A DNA stretch of 64,000 nucleotides from Podarcis melisellensis (taxonomy: Eukaryota). The notes below the pieces were generated by a model. That model was not told the DNA's origin and did no database searches. It was given only the letters and a program-made list of their open reading frames with translations. Of this stretch, positions 12,301 to 24,780 are shown one piece after another; positions within the stretch are counted from its first letter, which is position 1, and every line of letters starts with the position of its first letter. The stretch lies in the NCBI GenBank assembly GCA_964234715.1, contig OZ174276.1; one strand, 5' to 3'. The position numbers and the translations under genes are program-made.

Positions 12301-12554
12301 CAGGCTGCATTTAGCTCCTGGCCAACATTATTTATGGCATGCCCTTCAAATGGACAGGTACTCACACCACTCTCCATGCCACTACAAATGTTCTCCAAAA
12401 GGCAGTGTGGAGAAATATTGTCCTGTAAGTGCAAGAAGCCACTGCACACAAATGGCTTCATTTCTGTTACTGTAAGTTGTTTTAATCCATTTTTAACATT
12501 GTGTTTTAATTGTTGTAGCCTGTCCTGGCACCTTAAAGTGAAGGGTAGGCAAGT

Positions 12555-12556
<2 letters not shown>

Positions 12557-12601
<45 letters not shown>

Positions 12602-12628
12602 CAACAGCAACAGTTAGCAACAGCAACA
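12557..12628 (+). repeat. (CAG)13 followed by a mixed CAA/CAG microsatellite, at the end of an L2-like tail (about 12480-12556)
   Basis: 13 perfect CAG units at 12557-12595, then CAACAG units; preceded by gtagcctgtcctggcaccttaaagtgaagggtagg. Confidence 0.9.
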
Positions 12629-13451
12629 CGGAGGCTACCCATTTTGATTTGGGTCCAAATCCAAATTTGCAAGGAACAAATAGGAAAACAAAAAACAGTT
12701 TCGTTTTTAATGGACTTGCATTAAATTTCAAGGCTTAGTGGATAAAGCCTGCCAAATAGTTCCATTAGTTTTTGTACTAGGCACCTTTAAAAACAAAACC
12801 AGAATTGTCTACAATTATTTTACCTTTTGGCAGAAGTGTATGAAATTTGCTCTCTTGTTTGCCTTTTCTGAGAGGATGTACTCTGGCACTTTTTAATCTA
12901 GCCATAGTGGTTTTCCTGCAAGGGCAGGCTTTTCCATTTTAGGATGGTCAAAAAAGAAATCATTTAAGCTCCCCTCTTATTTTGTATGCAATCTGTATGC
13001 AAATGGCATACACCAGACAGCCCCCTCTTTGTAAGAAACCTGCCCAAATACAAAATGTTTTTTGTGCTGGGTGCTTTTTGAGAATGGGAAGAACTAAAAG
13101 GGATTTGCTTCTCTCCCTCTGGTTTTGTGGGCAACTATTTTATTATGAAAATGGCATACTTTCCTAGGGACACCTCTACAACATAACCAGCAACATTTTA
13201 AATATCCAAATAACTGAAGTGCCCCAAATCCCACTTCGGTTTGGGGCATACTGAAGGGATACCACTTTAGCTCGGAGATGCCTGAAATCTGTCCGAAGTA
13301 GCCCGCTTTGGCATTCATCCAATGCACATCCCTAGTGACCCTCTTGCGGTGACCATCTCATATGCATTTGCATGAAGAAACATGCCGAGGTCTTCCTCCC
13401 TTGCTGCAGCATCAAGAACACGGCAAAGATCAAAGGAGGCCAGTCACTTAC

Positions 13452-13614
13452 AGATTGTGACGGGAGAACATTGGGCAGGGTGTCCAAGGCCTCCACTGCC
13501 ACTGGATCTTCTCTGGTGCTGGGATGCCATACACAGTGCAGGTGAGCACCTGTCGGCTTTTACGGGAATAGATGTTGGGTGAAGTTGCTTCTTTCTCATG
13601 GATTTGTGGAGGAA
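13452..13614 (-). CDS. FLT4: FLT4 exon 10 (163 nt): (V)[53 protein letters not shown](L) (Ig5)
   Basis: Acceptor atttcag|TT, donor AATCT|gtaagt; PPQIHEKE and WRPWTPC motifs. Confidence 0.95.
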
Positions 13615-14208
13615 CTGAAATAAGAAGAATGTTGATGTATCAGCCTTGTAAGTAATAACTGTTCTGGGATGGTTGCCTCTGCTGCTCTCTCTGCCAATAA
13701 TCACCCACACTATCTCCGTCAATCTTCTCCCTCCCCTCCCAACCTCGTGTTGCTGCTGTGTAGTAGTAGTAATTATACTCCTTCCTCTCCCTTAGAATTG
13801 CTCTAGGTCCCAGCAGCACTGATGTCACTGCAGCTTACCTGGGCAGGGCTGGAGTGGGGCAGCAAGGTCAGGGTGGGATCACCTGATTGGTTCAGCTGGT
13901 GCTCCTGTATACCCTCAACCTCACCAGTGCCGTGTTCTGTCCAAAAGCATCTCACCCAGTGGGGTGGAGCTGCAACACTAGCTTCCCAGCAGCAAGGTTG
14001 TTGCTGCTTACCAGGCGAGAGTGGGGAAGGGGTGGGGAGGTTCCATACAGGTAAGGTGCAATGTAAGTGATGCTGGCATTGTGAGGGTGGATCTGCAGCT
14101 CCACCCCACCCCACAGGCCAATGCTGGTGCTGCCTTCTATTAAGCAGGATAGCACTATGGAGGCAGTGTACGTTGGTCTTTCCCTGCCCCTGTTGGAAGT
14201 CATTGCTT

Positions 14209-14393
14209 TCATAGAATCATAGAATCATAGAATTGGAAGAGACCACAAGGGCCATCGAGTCCAACCCCCTGCCAAGCAGGAAACACCATCAGAGCACTCC
14301 TGACATATGGTTGTCAAGCCTCTGCTTAAAGACCTCCAAAGAAGGAGACTCCACCACACTTGGCAGCAAATTCCACTGTTGAACAGCTCTTAC
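14209..14393 (-). mobile_element. CR1 LINE 3' end
   Basis: (catagaat)3 tail followed by ggaagagaccacaagggccatcgagtccaacccc...aagcctctgcttaaagacctccaaagaagg. Confidence 0.88.
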
Positions 14394-15405
14394 ACATCAT
14401 TGCTTGAGGGCAACTGTTACAGGAGAGCAAGCAAATGCTGAACTACCAGCAGGTAATGTACAATTACCTGGCACACCTCTCATTTAAGAAATTATCTACT
14501 AAATGCAATGGATAAAATAACCTGAGCTTAAGTTATGGGTGCATTTAGAGTACGGCTGGGTGGGCGTCAGGCTTGCGAGATCTACTTTGTTTTCTACTAC
14601 AACTTCAAGGACCACCAACCAGAACCAGGTGCAAATTAGTGGATCAGGTACGTGGATGTAAGTTCAGAATTAAGGAACAAGGAGCCTCTGAGCACATGCT
14701 CAGTCTAGGAATGAATGAGCAGTTCCCATAACCAAGCTCACAAGTCCTTCACACAAAACACCCATTCATTGGGTGGAATTCAATACTGCACTATTATAGA
14801 CTTCCAAGTGTGCAAGCAATTCAGCTTGCCGAATGACCCCCCTCTTCTCCCTCAGTGTGCTGTTCTTGGAGTTCTCCAGCCCCCTCTGAACCAAGTTCAT
14901 GGTGGGTGGGAGGAGAGGTGGGGAAGTCCCATTGCACAGGCAAAAGTCCTTGTTCAGGGCTTCTGCTGACAGGGATTGTTAGGAGAATCCTGCTCCTGGT
15001 GTTCTTTTTCAACTAATTTGGTGCATGGGGGTGAGGGTGTGCAGAGTTTAAACTGTTGCTATTGTTAGACAGCTGGGAATCAGAAGCCCTTGCTGATCTA
15101 CTGCAAATCATCCAAAGGTCTGCCATTAGATCCCAATCTACCTTCTGCTCAATCCTAATTTAAAACACTGGGAAGTTATTTTCTTCCTCTATAAACACTA
15201 CAGTGATGTGACTGCCAGGCATGTTATGGATGCTGGACTAGCTCCAGGAAAACTCGCTTATTGCAATTCTTTATTGTGCATTGACCTCATGGAGTCAGAA
15301 GACTGCAGATCCTTTGGTAGCCTGAATGAGACCCCCCCCCCAATTTTACTCCTCATACCCCTCCCACATTTCACTCTTCTGTCTGCTGCTATTGAGGGCC
15401 AAATA

Positions 15406-15649
15406 CAGGGGTCAGCAACCTTTTCCAGCCATGGGCCAGTCCCCTGTCCCTCAGACCATGTTGTGGGCCAGACTATATTTTGAAAAAAAAATGAACGAAT
15501 TCCTATGCCGCACAAATAACCCAGGTAAATAAATAAAAGGACACATTCTACTCATGTAAAAACATGCTGGTTCCCGGACCATCCACGGGCCAGATTGAGA
15601 AGGCAATTGGGCCGCATCCAGCCGCTAGGCCTTAGGTTGCCTACCCCTG
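15406..15649. mobile_element. hAT-superfamily MITE, 244 bp
   Basis: TIRs CAGGGGTCAGCAACCT / AGGTTGCCTACCCCTG; perfect 8-bp TSD GCCAAATA at 15398-15405 and 15650-15657. Confidence 0.9.
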
Positions 15650-15669
15650 GCCAAATAAAATGTGACCCA

Positions 15670-15935
15670 GACTGGTGGTGCTGAATCCCTACAAAGCAGA
15701 GAAGGGCGGGGAGGGGGGATTTAATGTGCAGGGGGGGGGAGAAGTGAAATTCTTTTCCCCACCTCCAAATTACCTTTTAGCCTTTCCTTGGCAATAGTAA
15801 CAAAGCCCTAATGAAAGAGAACTTTGTTTAGAATGCAGTGTCAGTGAGGGTGGGAACATGGAGGTGGGAGAAGATTTCAGTTTCTCCCACCTGCCTGCAC
15901 TAAACCTTTTTATATAGGGATTTTGGTGGCAATCA
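15670..15935. mobile_element. Degenerate palindromic MITE-like element
   Basis: Long imperfect inverted arms: gtgcagggg...agaagtgaaattcttttccccacctcca versus tggaggtgggagaagatttcagtttctcccacctgcctgcac. Confidence 0.5.
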
Positions 15936-16490
15936 AATCCTGAGACATGGATCTGCTGCCATTATGTGCAGTAGGAAACGGTATTTGAACAGAGGGTCCC
16001 CCCATTCCAAACCTGACACCCTTTCTTTGCCCTACTCGTCATATTTTATTTTATTTTATTATTTAAAAAAACCCATTGACCCAATGGCATTCATTTTATA
16101 ACTTTCTGATCTGAAAGGACTGAGAAATCCCAGAGAGGGAAAGATAATACAAACCGATAAGGAGTCATTCTAGATGCAATCTCATCCTCATTGTTCAGCC
16201 TTGTGTGGGGAGAAGAAGGGTTCCAACCCTTTTGCCCTTGCCATGTTCCCAGACAGAGCCAGCTCCCCTCTTGCCAATGACAGCTCCCCTCCCATTGTGA
16301 ATAGGGTGCACATGGGGCCAATTTGGACTGGGGCCAGGGGTGAGGGGCAAAGGACTATGGCCTCCATCCTCTATAGCACGGACTTGTTAAAATAAACAAC
16401 CACAGAAGTCCAAATGACATCAGGTAGAAACACCTGTCGAACTGCACAGGGTTTCAGGACATTCCTCTCCCATTAGTCCAACCTCCTTAC

Positions 16491-16645
16491 CGTTGACCAC
16501 CAGCTGCAGACTGATGCTCTTCTCCAGTCCAGCCGGCCCGTTCTTCAGAACCAACGTGTAGGAGCCAGAGTTCTGCTCTGCCACATCCTTGATCTGCAGG
16601 GAATATTGAGACTGCCTGTTGGAAATTAACCTTCCATCCTTAAAC
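16491..16645 (-). CDS. FLT4: FLT4 exon 9 (155 nt): FKDGRLISNRQSQYSLQIKDVAEQNSGSYTLVLKNGPAGLEKSISLQLVVN (Ig4)
   Basis: Acceptor tgcccag|GTTT, donor AACG|gtaagg; frame continuous with flanking exons. Confidence 0.94.
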
Positions 16646-18080
16646 CTGGGCAGAAGCAGAGAGAGAAAGAGAGAGGTGTGTGTGGATTAGCACGTTCCTC
16701 CCAAAAGGCAGTCACAGGGCTTCAGTCCATGGCAGGAGGCACTTCCTCAAAGGGAGGCCTCTCACGAATTCCTCCCCTTCCAGGAAAAGCTTGCTGCGTT
16801 TTCTGGCCAAAGGGAAAACACTGACAACCACCCAAGGCAAAATTCAGATGTATAAAATGCAGGGGAAATTAGGTTTGCAATGTAATGTCAAATTACTTAA
16901 TTTGCATTTCTCAAAACAATACAAGATCCCAAAAAACAGCTTTTCCTCAAAATCCACACTTCTCCAAATTTTGCAATGCATTATCAAACCAAATAATGTT
17001 TTTAAAAAATGTATATGCAAGGGTAAATATGTGCATTTAAAAATACATACATTAGTGAAGATAACATCCAAAAATGTTACGGAAAATCACTTGCAAAATT
17101 GTCTTTAATAGGTAAAATTGTAAAAATGTACATATGAGAAGTGCGTACTAAAATTCTGATAAATTTTCATGAGAATTTTTTTTAAAATTGTAAACTGAAA
17201 TGGAAGTATGGAGAACTGACTATGAGATTGGAAAAAAGGGAGAGGAAAAAAAGGAGAGAAATTTAAAATGACAGGCGTGTCCTGCCCTTATGAAATGACA
17301 CTTCACTGCCTTGTGGTATCTTGCAAAAGTGCCATTTATGGCAAGTCATTGCTACATAGCTGAGCAAGGGGCTGAAGTGAAGGGCTTATACTACTTATAA
17401 TTTTACACACAGCACAAGCTGATATGACAGAATGAAGTGAGTTTGTGAGAGATGGAATCCACTGGCTGATCAGAATGAGATCAGGATATATGTGGCACCC
17501 CCAGGGAGTTCAGCTATTATCCCCTCTGACTGGGACTGAGGTGCAAGTCTAGACCCAAACACTTGCCACCTCAGTACCAGATTCCACGACTTTCCCTTAG
17601 TCAGGAGGGCCTCAGCTTTCTGAAAGTGTTAACAGGTGTTTACATAGCCACAGGGAATGTGAGACAGCACTTGTGTGTGGGTGGAGAACATTTGTGTGTT
17701 TGTGTGGCGTGCATTTGCCAACAAAGCGAATGATGAGAAAGATTGTTTCTCCCTGCCTCTAACGTCTGCCAGAACTCTGGAGAAAAGACGAGGAAGAATT
17801 TTTATGTCTCCGGTTAAAAGAATAGCCTGCTTTGCTATACAATGTTAAAATGGTGGGTAATGAGTCAAGCTTAAGGATCACGGCAGTCAAGAAGAATCGC
17901 TCAGGTTTTGAAACAGACCTCCAAATCAGAACCCTCAAGCCGTGTGGGAGGGCAGTGTCACTCCTCTCACAAAATCGATTTCAGCAAGACAGGGGCCTTT
18001 CTCCTCCTCTTTTCCTGTTCTCTACAAAGGTCAGCCCTGAAGCCTGCTAAGCCCATATGCTAAGAGGGGGAGTGCATTAC

Positions 18081-18198
18081 CACTGGAACTCAGGCTGGGG
18101 GTAGGCAACCACTTTCACCGGCAGCTTCACCATTTCATCTCCTGCTGTTGCTTCAATCACTGGACCCTTCCTCCACTCCACATTGATGAAGGGTTTCT
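18081..18198 (-). CDS. FLT4: FLT4 exon 8 (118 nt): (E)[38 protein letters not shown](W) (Ig4)
   Basis: Acceptor tttcacag|AG, donor CAGTG|gtaat; EATAGDE and AYPxPEFQW motifs. Confidence 0.95.
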
Positions 18199-19049
18199 CT
18201 GTGAAAACCAGACAGATAAGAGAGAAGAAGAAGAAAGCAGGGTGAAAGCTGTGAGATGAGCATGCTGGAGCTACAGCAGAGATTAGATAGCATTAATCCA
18301 TACACATAGTAGAAGTATGCACTGCTTGGAAATAAACATCACGTATGCACAGATGCCCATTAGATACTGAATCTGTGTATCCATGCGTTTGTGCAGACAT
18401 GAGAACAGTTGTTCACACTGATTCACAGTTTGCTCTGTGAAGGTACAGGGACCTGTCTTTCTTAAACATTGACAATGCTACCATTCCTTATCCTGCAAAT
18501 AACCTTGCATCGGATGGATATTTTAACTAACCCTTACCGCTACCTTTGCCAGAACTTTTCAGCTCAAGTAAAAGTTTTCATTGTATGGGTGGTGGTTAGT
18601 TTATAGTTACTACCTATAGAATGACATAGGCATAAGGAGGGCAAGTGGACAGTTTCAGCTGCTATAAAAACGGCAGTCCTTAGAGAGAAAGGAAACATCT
18701 GTTCTGACATCTCAGTGATAATATGGAGTTTGGTATCAGTACCAGCATGACTTAACTCAGAATCATGTCAGGTTACTCCTGGGAACATACAGTATCCTTT
18801 GCTGTTGTCTAGCAGGAACATTTCTCTCCCTCTTTCTTACACACTTACACACACACACACACACACTTTCATATGGCAGGGAACAGAGGACAAAAGGCAG
18901 TCTTCACAGGAAGTTCTCCACTGCTTCCTTTATCATGTCTGATCTCCACTGTTTCACAAAGACACCAGCTGCCTTTAAACTGTTTGCCACCATGCTAACA
19001 CACCAGAAGCACCTACAAGGTTTTCTTATCCTGAGTTAATTGTTTTTAC

Positions 19050-19221
19050 CATGTACGATGACATCTATGCTCTCCTTCAAGTCTTGCTCCCCATTGCTAG
19101 CCTTGCATGTATATTTTCCCAGGTCTTGTAGGCTCACATTTTGGATGATCAAGATGCTGGAAAGTTCAGTGTGTGTCTGCTGGGAGCGCCTCTCAGGCAG
19201 TTCTGTGACTTTCCGGTTCAT
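19050..19221 (-). CDS. FLT4: FLT4 exon 7 (172 nt): [57 protein letters not shown] (Ig3)
   Basis: Acceptor ctggcag|ATG, donor CATG|gtaaaa; overlaps ORF 19036..19221. Confidence 0.95.
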
Positions 19222-19308
19222 CTGCCAGAAGAAGGCAACAGAAGGAAAAGAATAAACATATAAGATATTAGGAAATATAAAGCTTGGAGTAGACCCTCCC
19301 CACCGCAG

Positions 19309-19441
19309 CAGGCTTCCCCAACCTGGTGCCCTCCTGGTACTTTGGACTACTCACACCAACCCCAGCTGGAAGACAAACAGTCAGGGATGTTGGAAGTTGT
19401 AGTCAAACAATACCCAGAGGGCACCAGGTTGGAGAAGGCTG
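19309..19441. mobile_element. Degenerate palindromic hAT-type MITE
   Basis: Termini CAGGCTTCCCCAACCTGGTGCCCTC / GAGGGCACCAGGTTGGAGAAGGCTG; same architecture as 42114-42249; TSD not recognisable. Confidence 0.7.
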
Positions 19442-19749
19442 ATTTAAAAGGGGAATGACAGAGTAGTCAAAAACCTAATCCCAGCTGGTAAAGTAAACTT
19501 GTATCTGGGCTAAACCACATCAGCTAGCAAGGGAGCTCAGATGACTGGATGTTCCTTCATACAAGAGGATTCTTTGTGTATAGGAAAACCACCATTTCAA
19601 GGAGAGTTTTAGGCTAAAAAGTTTTCCCCTAACACTTTAGCTTGCTGTGTGGAGGGATATTTTGTACATGCATAGAAGAACTTCCAGACATATAAGGTGT
19701 TGCATAATTGTGTGGATGTGAAGTGCGAACACCTCTGCAAACACATATG

Positions 19750-20209
19750 GTGACTGGGGACGGCCGCCGAGACCACATAAGAATGGTCTTGAAAGACCTA
19801 CATTGGCTCCCAGTACATTTCCAAGCATAATCCAATGTGTTGGTGTTGACCTTTAAACCCCTAAACGGCCTTGACCCAGTATACCTGAAGGAGTGTCTCC
19901 ACCCCCATCGTTCTGCCCGGACACTGAGGTCCAGCGCCGAGGGCCTTCTGGCAGTTCCCTCATTGTGAGAAGCAAAGCTACAGGGAACCAGGCAGAGGGC
20001 CTTCTCGGTAGTGGCACCCGCCCTGTGGAACGCCCTCCCATCAGATGTCAAAGAGATAAACAATTACCTGACATTCAGAAGACTTCTGAAGGCAGCCCTG
20101 TTCAGGGAGATTTTTAATGTGTAACATTTTATTTTATTTTTGGTCTTTGTTGGAAGCTGCCCAGAGTGGCTGGGGAAACCCAGCCAGATGAGCGGGGTAC
20201 AAATAAATA

Positions 20210-20256
<47 letters not shown>
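19750..20256 (+). mobile_element. L2-clade LINE 3' fragment (ORF2 C-terminus, 3' UTR, (TAA)n tail)
   Basis: Translates as DHIRMVLKDLHWLPVHFQA*SNVLVLTFKPLNGLDPVYLKECL...RAFSVVAPALWNALPSDV, with two internal stops; LHWLPV and APxLWNxLP are typical of L2 ORF2. Confidence 0.9.
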
Positions 20257-20257
<1 letters not shown>

Positions 20258-20602
20258 TTACCTCCCAGATAAGGAGTCAAGAAGAAAAAGGAGCGATGAA
20301 GACGAGCATAGGCAAGTCTACAGGGTGGGTCAATAGGGGAGCAAAGACTCTCACTGTGACTTGGAGGAGGCAAGTCTCCTTTTTCTATCACCCTAGCTTG
20401 CTTCCCCAAAGAAACTCCTGCACGGGAGCCTCCCTCTACATCTTCCTTGGTAAACCTTTGATCTCATTTAGCCTGCTCAGCAAAATGTCCCAGAAATGTT
20501 GGGGATGGAGCCTACGGCGACAGCAACCTTTGGGGCAGGGCTGGCAAACACGTCTTTCTCTACGCCCATTCTATTAAACATATGAGTAGGGCTGTTGTGA
20601 CA

Positions 20603-20776
20603 CAGAAAGCTGCCTTTCACTGAGTTAGAACCATTGATTCCTCCAGCTCAGTACTGTCTACACTGACGGACAGCATCTCTTCAGGGTTTCAGGGAGGGGA
20701 AAATTCACAGCTCTACCTAGAGATGCCACAGATCTTCTGCATGCACAGCAGATGCTCTGCCAGAGAGCTGCAGCCC
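20603..20776 (-). mobile_element. tRNA-headed SINE-like repeat with CR1-like tail (related pieces near 26036-26090, 33740-33800, 60716-60870)
   Basis: Recurring motif gctgccttatactgagtcagaccattggt...tgtctacactgac...ttctgcatgcaa..gatgctct.ccactgagct shared between copies in this window. Confidence 0.6.
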
Positions 20777-20999
20777 ATCCCAACAGTGATGGAGGTGTCA
20801 GGGATATTGTGAACGCAAACATGCCCCAAACTGGATTGAATTGGCATGTACTCAGGAAGGCATTGCTATTTCATTTTTTCTCTGCAAGGAGTAAATTTAG
20901 GGGGAAAGGAAGGATGCAAGTAACAAGGCAGAGAGTACAAGGAACATCAGATGTGACTATACCAGTATAATTAGGTTTGTCAACTATGCATGAATTGGA

Positions 21000-21027
21000 G
21001 TGTGTGTGTGTGTGTGTGTGTGTGTGT
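21000..21027 (+). repeat. (GT)14 microsatellite
   Basis: Seen directly, about 90 nt into intron 6. Confidence 0.95.
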
Positions 21028-21118
21028 TCTGCTTCCACTCCATGGATCCAAAATTAAAAATAGTGCACACAAACCACTCATAGAAGCAAAAACTGACTAG
21101 GATAATGTCAATTCCTAC

Positions 21119-21258
21119 CTGTTTCGCAGGGTAATCCCACTGGAAATCAACTCCCGAATTAAACTCAGCCCATACTGTACAGTTGAGATATAGTTTTTCT
21201 CCCACTAGAAGCTCCATGGCCTTCCTTGGAAACAACTGGATGTCATAAAGTTCATTCC
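21119..21258 (-). CDS. FLT4: FLT4 exon 6 (140 nt): (G)[46 protein letters not shown] (Ig3)
   Basis: Acceptor acaccag|GG, donor CAG|gtagga; overlaps ORF 20984..21235. Confidence 0.96.
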
Positions 21259-22508
21259 CTGGTGTAAAAGTAAGGCAACTACTTAAACAAATACAGTTTT
21301 TCCTTGGGGGGGGGGGACAGAACTCTTGCTACAAAATTGTAACAAATTTATAAAAAAAATAAAATCAAACCACACAACACAGGCTCATTGGTCTAAGATG
21401 CCCCCCACCATATATTTGCTTAATTCTGTAGCCATTTGTCTGTGTTATCAAACTACTGTGGTTCTGGATGGTCAAACCTCCTGCCTTAAAAGTTTGTTGA
21501 TTACTTCCTTATTCAACTGTCAATTGACATCCTACAGAATAATAAAAGATATATGCAGGGAATAGGAATGAGGGTGTGCCATATCAAAAAGTGCATTTTG
21601 AACAAGGAATATGTGCCCATTTGAAGGGGTAACGATGACTGCCATTGTAGATAGAACAGATAGAATGTGAGGGTTTATTTGCACCCAGACATTGCTTATT
21701 TTGCTTCCTTATTTTTAAACTTTAATTTCATTTCACGTCATCCTACCTTATTCTGAAATGTTCTCTGATGCCACCGGCTGCCTGTTCCCAAGATTGTGAA
21801 TGCATGTGTGTTTTGGATTTTAACATGTAAGATTTAGCATTTTCACAATTGTACTTAGGCACAAATGTGCATCTATCAGACTTACGGGCAGGGGGAGGTC
21901 ATGTTCGAGTGGCAGCACCTCAGACAGCTCCGCAGTGACTACTTGTTCTGATGATGCCTGAAACCCATCCAAGTCTCCTACTTTTGGCTTGGTTGCCGGG
22001 TTCTGCCCTCACTGAGATGGATGGAGAAGTTTAAAGGGACAGTCCCTGTTCCTGGAGTGATACACTACTCAGCCAATGCCTATCCACATCTAGTGGCATC
22101 TTGGCCAGGCATGGAGACTAATAAGCCCTTAAGAGTAAGGACAGTTGTGCTGCTGTAGGGGCCTATGGCTCAGAGGGAACTGGAGGCGATTGTCTGGGTG
22201 ATTAGGTCCAGAACCAGCACCTGGAGCCTGTGCCTGGAGCCTTCTTCACCTTCTAAATCAATCCTTCAATCATGGCTTGAAGCCATGGACATGACAATTG
22301 AATCTGTTTGTTGATGATGTAGCAGGCAAACCAGAGGGATTTATAATACAAAACAAGCCTTCTGGTCATAGCAGGTTTCATAATCACATTACAAAGGGAC
22401 TGCAGCAAGAATGGCTGGAAGCCTCATGTGTGAAAAATGGTTGTCGTACTGCCTGAGCACTTTTAAGAGGTCGATTGTCACAGTGACTGACTCTGTTCCA
22501 AAATTCAC

Positions 22509-22671
22509 CTGCAATGTGGACAAGGAAGAAACTTGATTTGCGGGGCTTCATATCAATGAAAGTTTCGCACTCAACAAACAAGGAGTCCTTGATCAGGTGA
22601 GTGGGGACCAGCATTCCTTTTTTGTTGTCCCAAAGAATGTTCTTCCCGTCCGGATATATGGGAGAGGTTGT
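22509..22671 (-). CDS. FLT4: FLT4 exon 5 (163 nt): TTSPIYPDGKNILWDNKKGMLVPTHLIKDSLFVECETFIDMKPRKSSFFLVHIA (Ig2)
   Basis: Acceptor tttctag|ACA, donor GCAG|gtgaa; overlaps ORF 22384..22614. Confidence 0.94.
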
Positions 22672-23986
22672 CTAGAAACAGATAAATTATTTTTAAGAGA
22701 CGTGCAGGGTGATATCATTACTACTGCATCCTCCATTTCTTTGAAGAGCTATTCAAGACTAGTTCCAATATTTCACACCTGATGGGGGTGGGGAAATCCC
22801 TCCAAACTTATAGAGAGCTTTCTGTTACAGTATGTGACCCTGTGGGTTATTTTGAGGGGGGTGGTGTCTACTGACACCCCCAAGATAAATCCAATGAAGC
22901 TTTGGTCATGCAACTATTGCCATTCTAGGAGAGGAAGAGGCAAGAAAAATGGCTGAGAGGACAGCTTCCCCAAAGAGTGAAGGAGTGAAGCAAAGAGTGA
23001 ATTTACGACACTGGTGAGGTTACATTGTGCACAGGCTGCCATTTCCCTCAGGTAATGGAAATTGGTTCTGGCCTTCCAGGACTAATGTTTCTTTTTGCAT
23101 TTCATGAGAAGTGTAAATACAGCAGCAAATGAAACAATGTGCTGGTCCTTTCCATAGTTTCCCAGGACTCTTATAGTATTTCAAGCATTGTTAAGAACTG
23201 GGAAACCCTTTAAAAGATTGCAGCTTATGCATTTTAGCAAAGGGCTGCTTCGCATGCTATATTTGGGTATGCACCAAATAGGTTGTAAAACTGTAAAATG
23301 TAAGCAAAGATGTATTTTCAAAAACATGCATCATACAGGAACAAACATCAGGGGCTATGATTGGATGCATCTCCCAGAAAAGTGTATACTTGATGGAACA
23401 ATGCATGTGAAATGGTTCTCACAGCCTGCAGAAAGTGGAGTACGACCCCCAGAAAAGGAGAACTACATAAATTGATGCTGGTGTGCCAGAAAATGAAGCC
23501 TTAGAGATAACTGAATATATATATGAAATGTTTTCCTCCCCTCCCTAGGAGTTCCACTTCCTTCTCCAGATTATAATATATTATAATGCTGGAGTATCTC
23601 TTCAGAGAAGATCATTAACACTGTAGAGTGGGAATGGGTAATCTGTAATGTTGTTGGGACTGCAGTTCCCATCCTCCCCCTGACCATTTGCCATACTGGC
23701 TGGAGCTGATGAGAGTTGGAGGACGGCTGTTTCAGAGCAATCTGAAGGGACTCTGAAATCAGCACTGCAAGGGAATCCAAAATGGGGGAACCACAACTGT
23801 TACTGGGAAACATCCACAGGGGTTACATCCAGGGATTTCATCCAGATTTGCAAGGACAACACCTTTAGTGGGTTTCTTTCTTTTCTGTTTTTCTTTCACA
23901 CATACACACCCCCAGGTGTTTTCTCTGTTCCCCTTCACACTGAAATAAGGCAGATTCCTGAGTCATCCCGCAGGGAGATTTCTTAC

Positions 23987-24099
23987 CGAGAGCAAAGTGA
24001 TGTTAAGGTCTGGAATAGATACCAGGCATGGGACCCAGATATTCTCCTTCTTGTAGATAAGAAGAGCCTCTGGTTTATTGATAAATGGCCGCTCATAAT
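23987..24099 (-). CDS. FLT4: FLT4 exon 4 (113 nt): (D)YERPFINKPEALLIYKKENIWVPCLVSIPDLNITLLS (Ig2)
   Basis: Acceptor ttctcag|AT, donor TCG|gtaaga; PFINKP and WVPCLVSIP motifs. Confidence 0.95.
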
Positions 24100-24592
24100 C
24101 TGAGAATGAAAGAAGAGCCGCAGAATTGGAGAAAACAAGGAAAATATACTGTAGTTATTTTTTCCCCTTGCTGCTTTTTTTTTTTTTTTAAATAAAGTTA
24201 GCTAAAATCTGCAGGACATTGTACTGAGTCAGGCTCAAATATGAGATGGGAAATGTATGAACAGTCTTATTGTGCAAATCCATACAGTACATGCCTACTC
24301 AAAAATAAGTACCACTTATTTCAGTGGTAGTTACTCCCAGGCAAAAAGGGTATAGGATTACAACCTTAGGTTACCAGTTCATTTAATCATCACCATGATC
24401 AACAACAACGATAGGGCACCCAGAAAGCAAAGGGAATCATAGTAAACTTTAGGAAACTGCCATTAACTCAGGCAGCAGACCTGTGTGTAGCTATAATATG
24501 TTTAGCTGTTTTTTGTTAATTTAAGTTGTCTGCTTAATTCTTATTTTGAATTCAGTGCTCTGTGGTCGTATGTCCTAGTAATCACTTCAGAT

Positions 24593-24780
24593 GTGAGTTA
24601 TAATGGACAGAGTGCTTGATTTGAAAGGGGGAGATCTGGATTCAAATCTCTGCTCAACCAAAGTGTCTATCGCAGAATAACATATATAGGGTTTTTGAGA
24701 GGACAGAATAGGACAGCCCCATATATACCTTTATGAGCCCCTCAGAGAAAGGACAGGATGGAAATTAGTTAAGTATAAGT
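24593..24780 (+). mobile_element. Degenerate CORE/MIR-like SINE
   Basis: tRNA-like head (taatggacagagtg...ggattcaaatc), core-like agggtttttgagaggac, L2-like tail. Confidence 0.5.

Noticed and set aside
12267-12738. Overlapping 148-154 aa poly-Ala ORFs on both strands
   Set aside because: The poly-Ala comes from the CAG/CTG microsatellite on a LINE tail; there is no domain or splice structure.
15250-15280. LAYCNSLL peptide resembling the L2 RLDYCNSLL motif
   Set aside because: The similarity does not extend on either side and is too short to call.
16680-17290. 142-aa Lys-rich ORF
   Set aside because: It lies in an AT-rich, repeat-like intronic tract antisense to FLT4, with no recognisable protein motif.
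19036-19049. Intron 7 read-through (GKNN*) as a soluble Ig1-3 isoform
   Set aside because: I saw no sense-strand AATAAA in intron 7, so nothing in the sequence supports a terminal exon.
19629-20117. ORFs of 144, 74 and 62 aa
   Set aside because: These are antisense or off-frame readings of the L2 fragment; the true L2 frame has two stops.
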